This document shows positions 28,288 to 38,565 of a stretch of DNA of 64,000 nucleotides, piece by piece. The notes under the pieces are model-generated. The model did no database searches. It was not told where the DNA came from and saw only the letters and a list, made by a program, of their open reading frames with translations. Position 1 is the first letter of the stretch; each line of letters starts with the position of its first letter. The translations under genes were made by a program, and so were the position numbers. Origin of the DNA: an uncultured bacterium (GTDB lineage Bacteria > Babelota > Babeliae > Babelales > Vermiphilaceae); the NCBI GenBank assembly GCA_963836585.1, contig CAWIJV010000003.1, forward strand, positions 432,761-496,760, in the 5' to 3' direction.

Positions 28288-29090
28288 GATTGCATCTTCG
28301 GTATACCGATACGATTATTGATGTGGCGCGCGCTGCCTATCATCTGCGCATGCCGATCTTTCAATGCTTTTTTATTAAGCAGGCAATTAATAAGATTATT
28401 AATCCTCCGCAAGAAGAAGTGGATCAATTTTTGAGCGAATGGCGCGGCCGTTTTACGAATCTGTATCTGCATGGATCCTATTGGATCAATTTAGCCTATA
28501 ATCCGGTGGAAAATAGAGTGCTGGCGCGCGAGCTGGGTTTGGCAAGGCGATTGGCATTCAGCCATATCATTATTCATCCGGGAGCGGCCAAAAAAGGGCG
28601 CACCAAAAAAGAGGGCATCAAAACAATTGCGCATTGCCTTAATCGGCTTTTAAAACATGAGCATGAGATAAAAATTATTTTAGAAAATACTGCGCATGCG
28701 GGCAGCTCTATTGGTGGTGACCTGGATGATTTTTTGCAGCTGCGGCAACTCCTTGATCACCCGGAAAAAATTCAGTTTTGCCTTGACAGCGCGCATGCGC
28801 ATTCGTATGGCTATGATATTTTGAGTGCTGCAGGGCAGCAGGAATTTTTAACGCTGGTGGATACCACCATGGGATTAGAAAATATCGCACTGATTCATCT
28901 GAATGATACTCAGCAGCCCAAAGGCTGCCGCATCGATCGGCATGAAAAGATCGGGGATGGTCTTTTGGCGCCGGTTCTCAAGCAGTTTGTGAATCATGAT
29001 AGCCTCAAAAAAGTGCCGATTATTTTGGAGCTTCCGGTGATTGGTGTGGCAGAAGAAGAAAAGATTTTGGAGATTGTACGGGGATGGTGA
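28275..29090 (+). CDS. nfo: endonuclease IV (AP endonuclease family 2)
   Basis: ILENTA, HLNDT, DRHE and ILELP motifs of Nfo TIM-barrel enzymes. Confidence 0.75.
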   Translation: MRPVGLHLRYTDTIIDVARAAYHLRMPIFQCFFIKQAINKIINPPQEEVDQFLSEWRGRFTNLYLHGSYWINLAYNPVENRVLARELGLARRLAFSHIIIHPGAAKKGRTKKEGIKTIAHCLNRLLKHEHEIKIILENTAHAGSSIGGDLDDFLQLRQLLDHPEKIQFCLDSAHAHSYGYDILSAAGQQEFLTLVDTTMGLENIALIHLNDTQQPKGCRIDRHEKIGDGLLAPVLKQFVNHDSLKKVPIILELPVIGVAEEEKILEIVRGW

Positions 29091-29153
29091 GACCAACTTC
29101 CCCTTGGCAAACGGCCATTTTTCCCTTACCATTGACACTGTGCCAAAAAATAC

Positions 29154-29230
29154 GGGCCCATAGCTCAGTCGGTTAGAGCAGTCGGCTCATAACCGAAAGG
29201 TCCCAGGTTCGAGTCCTGGTGGGCCCACCA
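29154..29230 (+). tRNA. tRNA with CAT anticodon (Met or lysidine-Ile2), CCA encoded
   Basis: GGGCCCATAGCTCAGTCGGTTAGAGCAGTCGGCTCATAACCGAAAGGTCCCAGGTTCGAGTCCTGGTGGGCCCACCA. Confidence 0.8.
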
Positions 29231-29251
29231 TACTTCGCCAGGAGATACCAA

Positions 29252-29956
29252 ATGCCCTTTGAACAATTTATCTCGCTCGTTGAAGTTGATCAAAGTATCA
29301 ATGGTTTTCATGCGCAGATTGCCGCGCATGAGAAAAAGATAGCTGCCTGGCAGCAGGAACTGCAGGTGCAGCAATCCAATGTTGAGAGGGTAAAGGCGCG
29401 CTATGATCAGAACAAAAAAGAGGTTGATGCCAAAGAGCTTGAGATGAAATCGCTCGATCAGCAAGAGGCAGATAAGAAAGCACGTCTTGAACAAGTGGCA
29501 AATCACAAAGAATACCAATCGATCAAAGCAGAAGTTGATCAGCTTAAAAAATCACAACATGCGTTGGAAGATACGCTCATTGGCGCATGGAACCAATTAG
29601 AACAAAGCAAAAAAGAGTGGGAAGCGCAAGCGGCCGTTTTTGGGCAGCGCCAGCAGGAGTTGCAGGCCAGTAGTCAGCAAGAAAAAGATGCTATTGATGC
29701 ATTAAAAAAGCAGATTGAGCAGTTTATGAGCGTTCGTACTGAAAAAGAAAAACAGGTGCCTGCCGAGTGGCTTCAAAAATATGCGATCATGCGTACGCGA
29801 GTAAAGGATCCGGTGGTGCCGGTACTTGATGGCAGTTGCAGCGCCTGCTTTTATAAAATCTCTGCGCAAGATATGAATGATTTAAAGCATAGAAAATTGG
29901 TGCAGTGCAAAGATTGTTATCGGCTTTTGTATATGAGCGAAGCGCAGGGGCACTAA
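29252..29956 (+). CDS. coiled-coil protein with C-terminal C4 zinc-ribbon (COG1579-like)
   Basis: Long heptad-rich region, then CSACFYKI...CKDCYRLL. RBS aggaga. The track ORF start at 29219 would overlap the tRNA. Confidence 0.6.
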   Translation: MPFEQFISLVEVDQSINGFHAQIAAHEKKIAAWQQELQVQQSNVERVKARYDQNKKEVDAKELEMKSLDQQEADKKARLEQVANHKEYQSIKAEVDQLKKSQHALEDTLIGAWNQLEQSKKEWEAQAAVFGQRQQELQASSQQEKDAIDALKKQIEQFMSVRTEKEKQVPAEWLQKYAIMRTRVKDPVVPVLDGSCSACFYKISAQDMNDLKHRKLVQCKDCYRLLYMSEAQGH

Positions 29957-29957
29957 T

Positions 29958-30476
29958 ATGGCGCATAAAAATTTATCGATCTTTGGGTCTGAAGAAAAAG
30001 AACTACATTGCCTGCCCACGGCACATCATTGGAAACTTTTTGTCGATGGTGCCGCGCGTAACAATCCCGGGCCTGCCGGTGCGGGAATCTATGTTACCAA
30101 AAATGATAAGCCGTTCAAAAAACTGGGATTTTATTTAGGAACTAAAACTAATAATCAGGCAGAATATGGTGCACTGATTATCGGTTTATACTATCTTAAG
30201 CAATGGGCGGATGCCCATGATCATATTGATATTATTTCTGATTCGCAACTTTTGGTGCGCCAATTTAAGGGCGAGTATCGGGTGAAGCACCCTGAATTGA
30301 AGCCGTTGCATCTGTTGGCCAAACATCTTTTAAAAGATACTCATCATGCGATTGCGCATGTGTTGCGCGAGCATAATGAGATGGCCGATGCGATGGCAAA
30401 TAAAGGGATTGATGGTAAGAAGTCTCTTCCTCGTGATGTGGTAGCATTTTTGCATGAACATGGCATTATCTGGTAA
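29958..30476 (+). CDS. rnhA: ribonuclease HI
   Basis: LFVDGAARNNPGPAGAGIY and the DEDD catalytic residue pattern. Confidence 0.8.
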   Translation: MAHKNLSIFGSEEKELHCLPTAHHWKLFVDGAARNNPGPAGAGIYVTKNDKPFKKLGFYLGTKTNNQAEYGALIIGLYYLKQWADAHDHIDIISDSQLLVRQFKGEYRVKHPELKPLHLLAKHLLKDTHHAIAHVLREHNEMADAMANKGIDGKKSLPRDVVAFLHEHGIIW

Positions 30477-31590
30477 AAGAGCGCTCATCGCGCTCAGCCT
30501 CACATTTTTCTCCTCCATTTTTCCCAGCGATCGCGTTCGCGTTCTCCTGGCCGAATCGCCAAAAAATTTTGACATGCAATGGACTGTTACCAGCGCAGCT
30601 GATTTACTTCTGGTTGATCCAGAAATAAAAACTAAACACCGGCTTAAGACGAAAAAGTTGATCATCTCCTACCAGAATAAGAAATTTTTGATCAATGGGG
30701 AGCCGATTACGCACCAGCGTTTTTATATTATTCCTGAGCAGGGCAATATTTTTTTTGAATCAAAAGAGTATCAAGGATATTTGCTCTTCACCGCCGATAA
30801 GCAAGCCGTGCATGCCATTAATTCCCTTGATATTGAAGAGTATGTCTGTTCGGTGCTGCGCACTGAAAGCTGGCCGGGATGGCCACTCGAGATAAATAAA
30901 GCACTTGCGATTGCATCCCGCAGTTATGTGATCGGCGTGATTCTCAATAATAAAATCACCACCCCTTATCATGTAAAAAATACTAATAAGCATCAGACCT
31001 ATTCAGGGGTTCATGCCGATCCGGTGCTCAAAGAGGCGGTAGCGCAAACGGCCGGCATCTTTTTGGCTGACGGCAATAATAATCCTATTGTTGCGATGTT
31101 TGATTCCTGTTGCGGGGGAATAATCCCCGCGCATATTCATGGCGTTGATTTCACCAATGCTCCGTATCTGGCACGCAATTATGTGTGCACGTTTTGCAAA
31201 GGCTCTCGCGGATATAATTGGACGGTGGAATATCCGATTGCGCATCTTGAAGAGACACTCAAAAAAGAGATCAAGCACCTAAAAAATATGCATGGCATAA
31301 AGATTACCAAAACCGATAGGGCAGGATTGGTGGAGCAAGTTTCGGTTAAAACTAAGCATAAAACGCATCAGATATCGGGTAAAAAATTATATTCCTTGCT
31401 TCCCAAAGTGCGAAGTTTTTATTTTGAAGTGGAAATGAGTAAATCTCATATCAGGTTTACCGGCAGAGGAATTGGCCATCATCTGGGATTATGCCAGTGG
31501 GGCGCTCGTGAAATGGTGGCACAAGGATACGATTATAAATCAGTGCTCAGTTTTTATTATCCCGGCACCCATTTCATGCGGTTGAGTTAG
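30454..31590 (+). CDS. SpoIID/LytB-domain protein (amidase enhancer-like)
   Basis: Signal peptide plus SpoIID-like conserved region (EEYVCSVLRTESWPGWPLE, KALAIASRSY). Confidence 0.65.
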   Translation: MNMALSGKRALIALSLTFFSSIFPSDRVRVLLAESPKNFDMQWTVTSAADLLLVDPEIKTKHRLKTKKLIISYQNKKFLINGEPITHQRFYIIPEQGNIFFESKEYQGYLLFTADKQAVHAINSLDIEEYVCSVLRTESWPGWPLEINKALAIASRSYVIGVILNNKITTPYHVKNTNKHQTYSGVHADPVLKEAVAQTAGIFLADGNNNPIVAMFDSCCGGIIPAHIHGVDFTNAPYLARNYVCTFCKGSRGYNWTVEYPIAHLEETLKKEIKHLKNMHGIKITKTDRAGLVEQVSVKTKHKTHQISGKKLYSLLPKVRSFYFEVEMSKSHIRFTGRGIGHHLGLCQWGAREMVAQGYDYKSVLSFYYPGTHFMRLS

Positions 31591-31600
31591 ATTATTCTAC

Positions 31601-32401
31601 TTATAGCGTCATACTGATAAATGGTGTTGCCTGTGAAGACACTTGTGGCAGCTTGCCATCCCATTTCTCGATTGCTTTTAATGAAGCTTCAATTTTTTTC
31701 AGTTCTATCAGATCTGGGGTGACTGATTCTCGCTTTATTTTCAACCCATATGCTTCCGCTTCGGCACGGGCTTTGGTCTGCAATACTTCTTCATTTACTC
31801 TTTGTGTGAGATTCTTAGCGGTGATCGCCGACTGGATAGCTATCTGTTTTTGCTCAACGGCGTGTATAAACTCGCTACTAAAATCAGAATGTATAAAGTT
31901 AAAATCGATTAAAGCGATGTTAAGAGATGCCAGTCGCTCTTTGAGTTCTCCGAATACTTTTTCTTTTGCTTCATGCCGATATTGAATTAAGTCTTCGGCA
32001 GTAAATTTTGCACAAACTGCTTTTACCGACTCCTGTGCGAACGGATTGATGATAACCTGCTCAAAATTTACCCCAACGGTTTTATACAATGCAATGGCAT
32101 CACTAATGCGATAGTTGATGGCGACCCCGATGGCTACTTGTTGCAAATCTCTGGATAAAGCATTTGTCTCGATGACCGATTTTTGGATACGATTATCAAT
32201 GAATATTACCGAATCCACTAACGGTAATTTAAAATAGGCCCCTGCTTCCATCTGGGCTGTCTTGAAAGCGCCTAATCGCATATGAAGGGCGGTATATCCC
32301 GGTTCTAAAACGTAGTAAGGCAATGAGGAGTAGAGGATTACACCTAAAAAAATAGTGCTCAAAATAGTGGCAACGAGCTTAATTAAACGTGTTTCTGTCA
32401 T
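31601..32401 (-). CDS. SPFH/band-7 (prohibitin-like) membrane protein
   Basis: N-terminal TM followed by an SPFH-like core and coiled-coil. Confidence 0.7.
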   Translation of the reverse strand: MTETRLIKLVATILSTIFLGVILYSSLPYYVLEPGYTALHMRLGAFKTAQMEAGAYFKLPLVDSVIFIDNRIQKSVIETNALSRDLQQVAIGVAINYRISDAIALYKTVGVNFEQVIINPFAQESVKAVCAKFTAEDLIQYRHEAKEKVFGELKERLASLNIALIDFNFIHSDFSSEFIHAVEQKQIAIQSAITAKNLTQRVNEEVLQTKARAEAEAYGLKIKRESVTPDLIELKKIEASLKAIEKWDGKLPQVSSQATPFISMTL

Positions 32402-32535
32402 AATTTAACTCCATAGTTTGCTGCCCTTGACCAAAGCTGTGTTGGGAGGGCAGGATGTTGTAGCAATTTTCATACTATTGAGTGTATACTACCGGGTGTA
32501 AATTCAAGTAAAAATTGAGTAATTAGGAGAGTTTT

Positions 32536-33000
32536 ATGCCAAATTATAAGGGCCATCTGGCCGGCGGGATTTTTGCCTACCTTCTGAGTCTCTATATGAT
32601 TATTTCATACAAATCGATCACCCTGGCCACCGGCCTGGAATGGCTGTTATTTTGTTTGCTGGGCTCGCTTTTTCCTGATGTGGACACCAAAAGTAAGGGC
32701 CAAAAGATCTTTTATTGGGTGGTTTTATTGCTTGCAGCGGTACTTTTGTTTTCTGAGCGGTTGCAGGGACTATTATTGCTCGGTGCGCTCGGAATTTTTC
32801 CGCTTTTGGTGCGGCATCGAGGAATTTTCCATCAGCTCTGGTTTATTATTTTGATCCCCATAGCAATCGCATGGCTGGCGTGCGGCTGTTGGCCAAACTG
32901 CTCAACTATTATCGCCTTCGACGCGCTCTTTTTTATCATCGGCGCGCTCTCCCACCTCTGGCTTGATCTGGGGTTGTTGCGGTTGCTGGGGCTGCGATAA
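32536..33000 (+). CDS. YdjM-like membrane-bound metal-dependent hydrolase family protein
   Basis: Small 4-TM protein with the His/Asp-containing loop FPDVDTKSKG. Confidence 0.45.
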   Translation: MPNYKGHLAGGIFAYLLSLYMIISYKSITLATGLEWLLFCLLGSLFPDVDTKSKGQKIFYWVVLLLAAVLLFSERLQGLLLLGALGIFPLLVRHRGIFHQLWFIILIPIAIAWLACGCWPNCSTIIAFDALFFIIGALSHLWLDLGLLRLLGLR

Positions 33001-34446
33001 GACGAATGCTGCAATATGATCTATTTGATAGGCGGCCTCACCTTTAATATTCAGAAAGTAATATGCACCGCCTTTGGTATGCCATAAAGTAGTTTTTATA
33101 TCGCGTTGAATGTCTTGCCAGACTTGCACTGGCGGATCTTCATCGCCGGATAAAAATCGGAATGCAGTAGTGGGCTGTAATGATTTTTTACTCTTATCTT
33201 TATGTGCTTGCCCCAAGTTAATTTTTTTCCCTTTTGAAAAGAAATAAATGGTAGTAATTGATGCATTATCACCATTTACTAATGGTTTTGTTAAATGCCA
33301 AAAGCCACAATGAGGATAATCAGATTTCAGGCTTTTTATCTGGTCTATCGTTGCCGGGAGCAACAACAGTTTGCATACCGGGATATCGGGAGATGTTGGA
33401 TGGATGGCAACTGGGGAATCTTTTTTGTCATCAGGATTTTTTACGCTTTGTGCTGCGCGTTGTGCAAAAGCAGTTGCACTTGCTGTTAAATCATGGGCAG
33501 CTTGGCTAAAGGTTGGTGTTATAAAGGTGCCCAATTCAAAAAGCAGCGCCATCGTTTGTTGATGATCATTGATAAGAATCGTAGATGATTTCAATTCATC
33601 CTGACTGATGCGCGATTTAATGGGAGACTTTAAGTACTTTTCTCCCTCTTGTCTAAACTCGCGGATAAGCTGCCGTTGATATTCTAATGATCTTTTTTTG
33701 CAGAAGGCTAAAACTTCTTGAATATCCGGATCGGTGCTTTTAGGAGATGGTGCTTTGGTATGCCGCATGCCTAATAGTTTGTGAAGTGCATCAAGGGCGA
33801 TTAAAATCGTTGACTGATGATCAAGGAAGGTGAGTATAAAATGCGCGTTCTGGGTAATAAGAAGAAGTTTTGGATTATAATCAGCATGATGAGTCTCTGC
33901 TAATTTTTTCTCAAGTTCAGCGATAGTCGCAACTAAGCCAAAAGAAGGGGCATATGATTCATTGGCGAGGGCCCGCAACTGCCCATGCAATCTTGCGTAG
34001 CAACTATTTTGCTCGGAACACTGAGCGCTAAGCAGGCGGCGCAGAGAGATTGATCTATGCCAATCCGGTTGACGGTCATCAGTATCCAGATGGCGATCGG
34101 CCCGTTGCATAATTTTTTTTGCCGCCTCGATGTTTACCAGAAAAGTGGGCGCGAATGTTTTCCAGTATTCTCGCCACTGAGCAAGTTGGGGCAGCGGTGT
34201 TTTAAAGGGAGGCTCAAGCAGCGGTGCTATTTTACCAGCATGGCGAGTGTATCTTTCAAGCATATTGAATTGTTCGAAAAATTCGGCATCCGCTTTAAAA
34301 AGTTGCTCGGCGGATGAAGGGAGTTTTTGCATTGGCGCGGCCGGTTTGGGCGATTTAAGAGCATGAGATTCTGGTTGCTCCATGGGATATACTGCAGACC
34401 AAAAAAATATTACCAAGCAAAATAAAGAAGATAGTGATGTGTGCAT
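32902..34446 (-). CDS. orphan secreted protein (514 aa) with C-terminal QPQQPQQPQ repeat
   Basis: Signal peptide MHTSLSSLFCLVIFFWSAVYP. No recognisable domain. Confidence 0.45.
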   Translation of the reverse strand: MHTSLSSLFCLVIFFWSAVYPMEQPESHALKSPKPAAPMQKLPSSAEQLFKADAEFFEQFNMLERYTRHAGKIAPLLEPPFKTPLPQLAQWREYWKTFAPTFLVNIEAAKKIMQRADRHLDTDDRQPDWHRSISLRRLLSAQCSEQNSCYARLHGQLRALANESYAPSFGLVATIAELEKKLAETHHADYNPKLLLITQNAHFILTFLDHQSTILIALDALHKLLGMRHTKAPSPKSTDPDIQEVLAFCKKRSLEYQRQLIREFRQEGEKYLKSPIKSRISQDELKSSTILINDHQQTMALLFELGTFITPTFSQAAHDLTASATAFAQRAAQSVKNPDDKKDSPVAIHPTSPDIPVCKLLLLPATIDQIKSLKSDYPHCGFWHLTKPLVNGDNASITTIYFFSKGKKINLGQAHKDKSKKSLQPTTAFRFLSGDEDPPVQVWQDIQRDIKTTLWHTKGGAYYFLNIKGEAAYQIDHIAAFVLSQPQQPQQPQIKPEVGERADDKKERVEGDNS

Positions 34447-34452
34447 AAATAG

Positions 34453-35307
34453 TTATTTGATGTTAAAAATGTTGAGCGCTGTCTGTGTTGTTTGTGTGCT
34501 TACTACACTCAAAGATTCATTGCGAAGATTGGCCACGTACTCGGCAATCTGCTTGATATATTGCGGCCGATTTTGTTTGCCGCGCATCTCTTGAATGGGT
34601 AAAAAAGGTGCGTCAGTTTCAAATACGATTGCAGAAAGTGGCACTTGTTTTACAATATCGCGCAACGCATTATTTTTAGGATAGGTGATAATGCCGCCGA
34701 TACCGATGGCAAATCCCCACCCGATTACTTGGCGTGCGAATGAAGCATCTTCGGAGAAACAATGAATGATTCCTTTTTTTATTTGACCGGCATATTCTTC
34801 GATCGATGCGAGGGTTTCATCAGCGGCTGCGCGGCTGTGCACCACGAGTGCCAGATCATGCTCAAGCGCCAACTCAATCTGTGCTTTAAAGGCATCTTTT
34901 TGCTGCTGAATATTATAATCAGGATAATGGAAATCCAATCCGCATTCGCCAACGCCGACAATTTTGTTGCGTTTTTTATCATGTAATAATTTTTTTATCT
35001 CTTGCAGATCTTTTTTCCAATTGTTGGTGAGATCATTGGGATGAATTCCAATCACCGCAAAAATAGTTTCATACCGTTGCGCAAGCGCGATGCAATTTTT
35101 ACTTTCAGTTAAGGAGGTGCCAACATTAATAAGATAGGTAACGCCGGCTTGTTGCGCATCGGTTACAATTACTTGCGCGTCAGAAATTTCTTGTGGGGTG
35201 AGCGCTTTATCAAAATCTTTTTTGACGATCATATTAATATGCGCGTGTGTATCTACCAGCATTTTTCCCTTATTAATAAAGCTTTTTTCATGATTAATTT
35301 TTTGCAT
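34453..35307 (-). CDS. tatD: TatD-family metal-dependent DNase/hydrolase
   Basis: LVDTHAHIN start motif and a TIM-barrel hydrolase pattern. The true start may be the internal Met. Confidence 0.8.
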   Translation of the reverse strand: MQKINHEKSFINKGKMLVDTHAHINMIVKKDFDKALTPQEISDAQVIVTDAQQAGVTYLINVGTSLTESKNCIALAQRYETIFAVIGIHPNDLTNNWKKDLQEIKKLLHDKKRNKIVGVGECGLDFHYPDYNIQQQKDAFKAQIELALEHDLALVVHSRAAADETLASIEEYAGQIKKGIIHCFSEDASFARQVIGWGFAIGIGGIITYPKNNALRDIVKQVPLSAIVFETDAPFLPIQEMRGKQNRPQYIKQIAEYVANLRNESLSVVSTQTTQTALNIFNIK

Positions 35308-35436
35308 TAAAAAATAATATGCGTTAATTTGACAAATTAGTAAATAAAATTAGTATAAGTTACAACCATAACAAAAAAAATAAACGTAGAGTTTTAGTGA
35401 AGTAGCAGTGTAACATTTAACCATTCAGGAGTAACC

Positions 35437-35724
35437 ATGAATAAAAGTGAATTAATAAATTCACTCAGTGAAGAAACAACTTTTAGCAAAAAGGATGTTT
35501 CACGCGTTTTAGATTCTTTTGTAAGAATTGTTGAACGTACTTTAAAACGCGGTGAAAAAGTTTCTATCACCGGATTTGGTAGCTTTTGGTTGTCACGTCG
35601 TCCGGCACGTAAAGGTATCAATCCTGCAACTAAGCAGCGCATTGATTTACCATCAGTAAATGTGCCTCGTTTTAAAGCGGGTAAGAATTTGAGAGAAGTT
35701 GTACGATCAATTAAGCTTGGTTAA
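35437..35724 (+). CDS. hup: HU/IHF-family DNA-binding protein
   Basis: MNKSELINSLSEE...GFGSF...R.ARKGINPATKQRI is a classic HU signature. Confidence 0.85.
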   Translation: MNKSELINSLSEETTFSKKDVSRVLDSFVRIVERTLKRGEKVSITGFGSFWLSRRPARKGINPATKQRIDLPSVNVPRFKAGKNLREVVRSIKLG

Positions 35725-35757
35725 TTGAAAATCTTTTCAAATAAGCTATTACTCAGT

Positions 35758-35788
35758 AAGGTCGCTTCGGCGACCTTAATTTTTTTTA
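35758..35788 (+). terminator. intrinsic terminator after hup
   Basis: aaggtcgc-ttcg-gcgacctt followed by a T8 run. Confidence 0.65.
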
Positions 35789-35945
35789 TACTTGATTTTT
35801 ATACGCTTTTCAAGCGGCCCTAAAAAGGGTAGAATGGCTTTATATTGCGTATAATTACACATTGTCCATTCGCCAAGAATTCGGGAAAAAGCTTCCGCTC
35901 GCCCTGAGCTCGTCGAAGGGTGCGAGTGGAAACATTGGAGTTATA

Positions 35946-37211
35946 ATGATTGATTTGGCTCTCCTCAAAGAACAGCCGGAAAAAATAATAGGACTCATCA
36001 AAAGAAAAGATCCTGCCTACGATGCACAACGTCTTTATGAGTGGGATCTGCGTTTACGCGCCCTGCGCCAAGAGGTTGAGGCGCTGCGCCATAAAAAAAA
36101 TGAGCTGGCAAATTCGGTTAAACCGAAGAAAGGAACAATTGACCCCAATTCAATAGGTTTTGAAGCAATAAGGCTTGAATCAATTAATTTGAGCGAACAG
36201 CTCAAAAAAAAAGAAGCCGACTTGCAGCAGTTGGAAACCGATTTTAAAAATCTTTATTTGTCCTGCCCCAATATTCCCGAAGAATCTATCCCGGTAGGCG
36301 GCAAAGAGGCCAATACCGTAGTAAAAACCTGGGGCACCAAGAGTGAACACTCATTTCCGGTGCGCAACCATGTAGAGTTGGGCACCGCTTTAGGTTGGCT
36401 TGATTTTGATGCAGCCGCCCGAATGGCCGGCAGTAATTTTGCTCTTTATAAAGGTGATGCGGTCCGTTTGATCTACTCGCTCACCATGCTCATGCTTAAA
36501 AATAATATCAAGCATGGTTTTGAGCCGGTATTGCCCCCGTATTTGGTGAATGAGCAATCGCTGACCGTTGCCAGCAACTTCCCCAAATTTAAAGATCAGG
36601 TGTATGCGGTGCCGGAAGATAAACTGTATCTTACCCCAACGGCTGAGGTGAATCTGGCCAATATGTACCGCGATAAAATTTTATCAGCAGAGCAGTTGCC
36701 CATCCGCATGACGTCCTGGACCAGCTGTTTTAGACGTGAAGCAGGAAGCTATGGGGCGCATGAGCGGGGCCTCATTCGTATTCATCAGTTTGAGAAAGTG
36801 GAACTGTTTACCCTATGTGAACCAAATCAGGCTGATCAAGAGCAGGAGCGTATGCTCGCCTGTGCTGAAGAGATTTTGCAAAAACTGGGTCTCCATTATC
36901 GAGTATCTTTATTAGCCGCACAAGATTGTTCATTTGCCTCGGCAAAAACCTATGATCTTGAAGTATGGTTGCCCGGCCAGGGGTGCTATTATGAAGTTTC
37001 TTCCATCAGTAACTGCACTGATTTTCAGGCGCGGCGCGGGCTGATTCGGTTTAAGCGAACGGCTGAGAGCAAAAGTGAATTGGCCTATACCCTCAATGGT
37101 TCATCGCTGGCCTTATCCCGGTTGATGGTGGCGATTATGGAAGTGTATCAAACGGCCAATGGCACCATCGAGATTCCTGAAATTCTCAAAAAAGAAGCGC
37201 TTTTTGCATGA
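35946..37211 (+). CDS. serS: seryl-tRNA synthetase
   Basis: N-terminal coiled-coil arm (MIDLALLKEQPE), class II motifs (FRREAGSYG, GSSLALSR). Confidence 0.85.
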   Translation: MIDLALLKEQPEKIIGLIKRKDPAYDAQRLYEWDLRLRALRQEVEALRHKKNELANSVKPKKGTIDPNSIGFEAIRLESINLSEQLKKKEADLQQLETDFKNLYLSCPNIPEESIPVGGKEANTVVKTWGTKSEHSFPVRNHVELGTALGWLDFDAAARMAGSNFALYKGDAVRLIYSLTMLMLKNNIKHGFEPVLPPYLVNEQSLTVASNFPKFKDQVYAVPEDKLYLTPTAEVNLANMYRDKILSAEQLPIRMTSWTSCFRREAGSYGAHERGLIRIHQFEKVELFTLCEPNQADQEQERMLACAEEILQKLGLHYRVSLLAAQDCSFASAKTYDLEVWLPGQGCYYEVSSISNCTDFQARRGLIRFKRTAESKSELAYTLNGSSLALSRLMVAIMEVYQTANGTIEIPEILKKEALFA

Positions 37212-38059
37212 TGAATGATGTTCAGCAACAGATTCGCCAAATTCAGCTTTATAGCAAACGATTAATCCATGCCAATTTATTTGGCCATTCGCGCTCATCG
37301 CAAAAAGGGAGCAGTCTCGAATTTGATCAGCTGCGCGATTATCAGCAGGGCGATGATGTGCGCGCGATCGATTGGAACAGTTCTGCGCGCATGAATAAAT
37401 TGTTGCTTAAGCAATTTTATGATGAGCGGCAGCGTACCATTCTCATTGCGCTCGATATCTCGGCTTCAGCTTTTTATGGCTCAGATACCACATTGAAGGT
37501 GACCATCGCACGGCAGATTGCTGCGCTGCTTGCCTATGCAGCATTTTTGGCAAAAGATGAGGTGGGGCTCTTTTTATTTTCAGACACTAAAGAGTGGTAT
37601 ATTCCACCGCGCAAGGGTCGCGCACAGGTGAGCGCCGTTCTGGAAAAAATTTTTTCTTTTGAACCACGGCGAGCGCAGACCAATTTTAAAACTATTTTGG
37701 AACAGCTTGCGAGTCTGCGCAAAAAAAATGCGATGCTTTTTGTGATCTCAGATTTTATTGATGAAAATTTTGAGTCATCATTATCAAATGTTGCCTATCA
37801 ATATGATACGATTGCCATAAAAATTATTGATGCGGCTGAAACAGCACTACCATTTTCGGGATTTATCACGGTGCAGGATCCTGAAACGGCTAAAGAATAT
37901 ATTCTTAAAGCATCCGCGGCTCTTGAAACTATCTTGAATGCTCGTATTGATGCGCAGAATAAGGAATTTGCCCGGCATCGTATCGATTGCTTGCATGTCA
38001 CCATGCGGCAGCCACTCATTGACCAACTTATTCACTTTTTTCATGCTCGAAAGCGATAA
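37208..38059 (+). CDS. DUF58-domain protein (vWA-like, MoxR/Bat-system associated)
   Basis: DDVRAIDWNSSAR and LDISASAFYGS motifs. Confidence 0.65.
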   Translation: MMNDVQQQIRQIQLYSKRLIHANLFGHSRSSQKGSSLEFDQLRDYQQGDDVRAIDWNSSARMNKLLLKQFYDERQRTILIALDISASAFYGSDTTLKVTIARQIAALLAYAAFLAKDEVGLFLFSDTKEWYIPPRKGRAQVSAVLEKIFSFEPRRAQTNFKTILEQLASLRKKNAMLFVISDFIDENFESSLSNVAYQYDTIAIKIIDAAETALPFSGFITVQDPETAKEYILKASAALETILNARIDAQNKEFARHRIDCLHVTMRQPLIDQLIHFFHARKR

Positions 38060-38064
38060 ACGAT

Positions 38065-38565
38065 ATGGATACTCAGCAATTATATGATATTTATGGCCAT
38101 TGGCATGTACCCTTTTGGCAGACGAGACTATTTTATGGCATAATGATTGCCGTGATAGTGGTGATGCTCATGGTGGTATTATGGTGGTGGAAAACGTGTA
38201 GAAAAAAATCGGCACTCTCGCCTGAGCAGCACGCGTTTGCTGCATTAAAAAAGTTACAGGCGATGCCGATCATCACGCGTGATGATGCGCAGCAGGCATA
38301 TCTTATGCTCACTAACACTCTTAAAAAATATTTTGAATATTATTATAGTTCTCCATTTACCACCTACACGGATCAGGAGATGGTAAATGCGATAAGCGCC
38401 AAAAATATTCTCGCAACCCGGCCTGCCGGGTTGTTGGAAATTGCGCAAGCCGGGACGCAGGTAAAATTTGCGCGAGAAGATGCGGTGCGCCAACAGCTGG
38501 CACAGCATATTGAAGCGAGCATAAATCTTATTAACTTCTTAGTTCAAGCACGAAAAACCAGATGA
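38065..38565 (+). CDS. small membrane protein (DUF4381-like), partner of DUF58 gene
   Basis: Single TM segment with a WWW stretch, then a soluble tail. Positioned as in the Bat operon. Confidence 0.4.
   Translation: MDTQQLYDIYGHWHVPFWQTRLFYGIMIAVIVVMLMVVLWWWKTCRKKSALSPEQHAFAALKKLQAMPIITRDDAQQAYLMLTNTLKKYFEYYYSSPFTTYTDQEMVNAISAKNILATRPAGLLEIAQAGTQVKFAREDAVRQQLAQHIEASINLINFLVQARKTR

Noticed and set aside
29219-29251. ORF start at 29219 for the zinc-ribbon protein
   Set aside because: Overlaps the 3' end of the tRNA. An ATG at 29252 with a strong aggaga RBS is the more plausible start.
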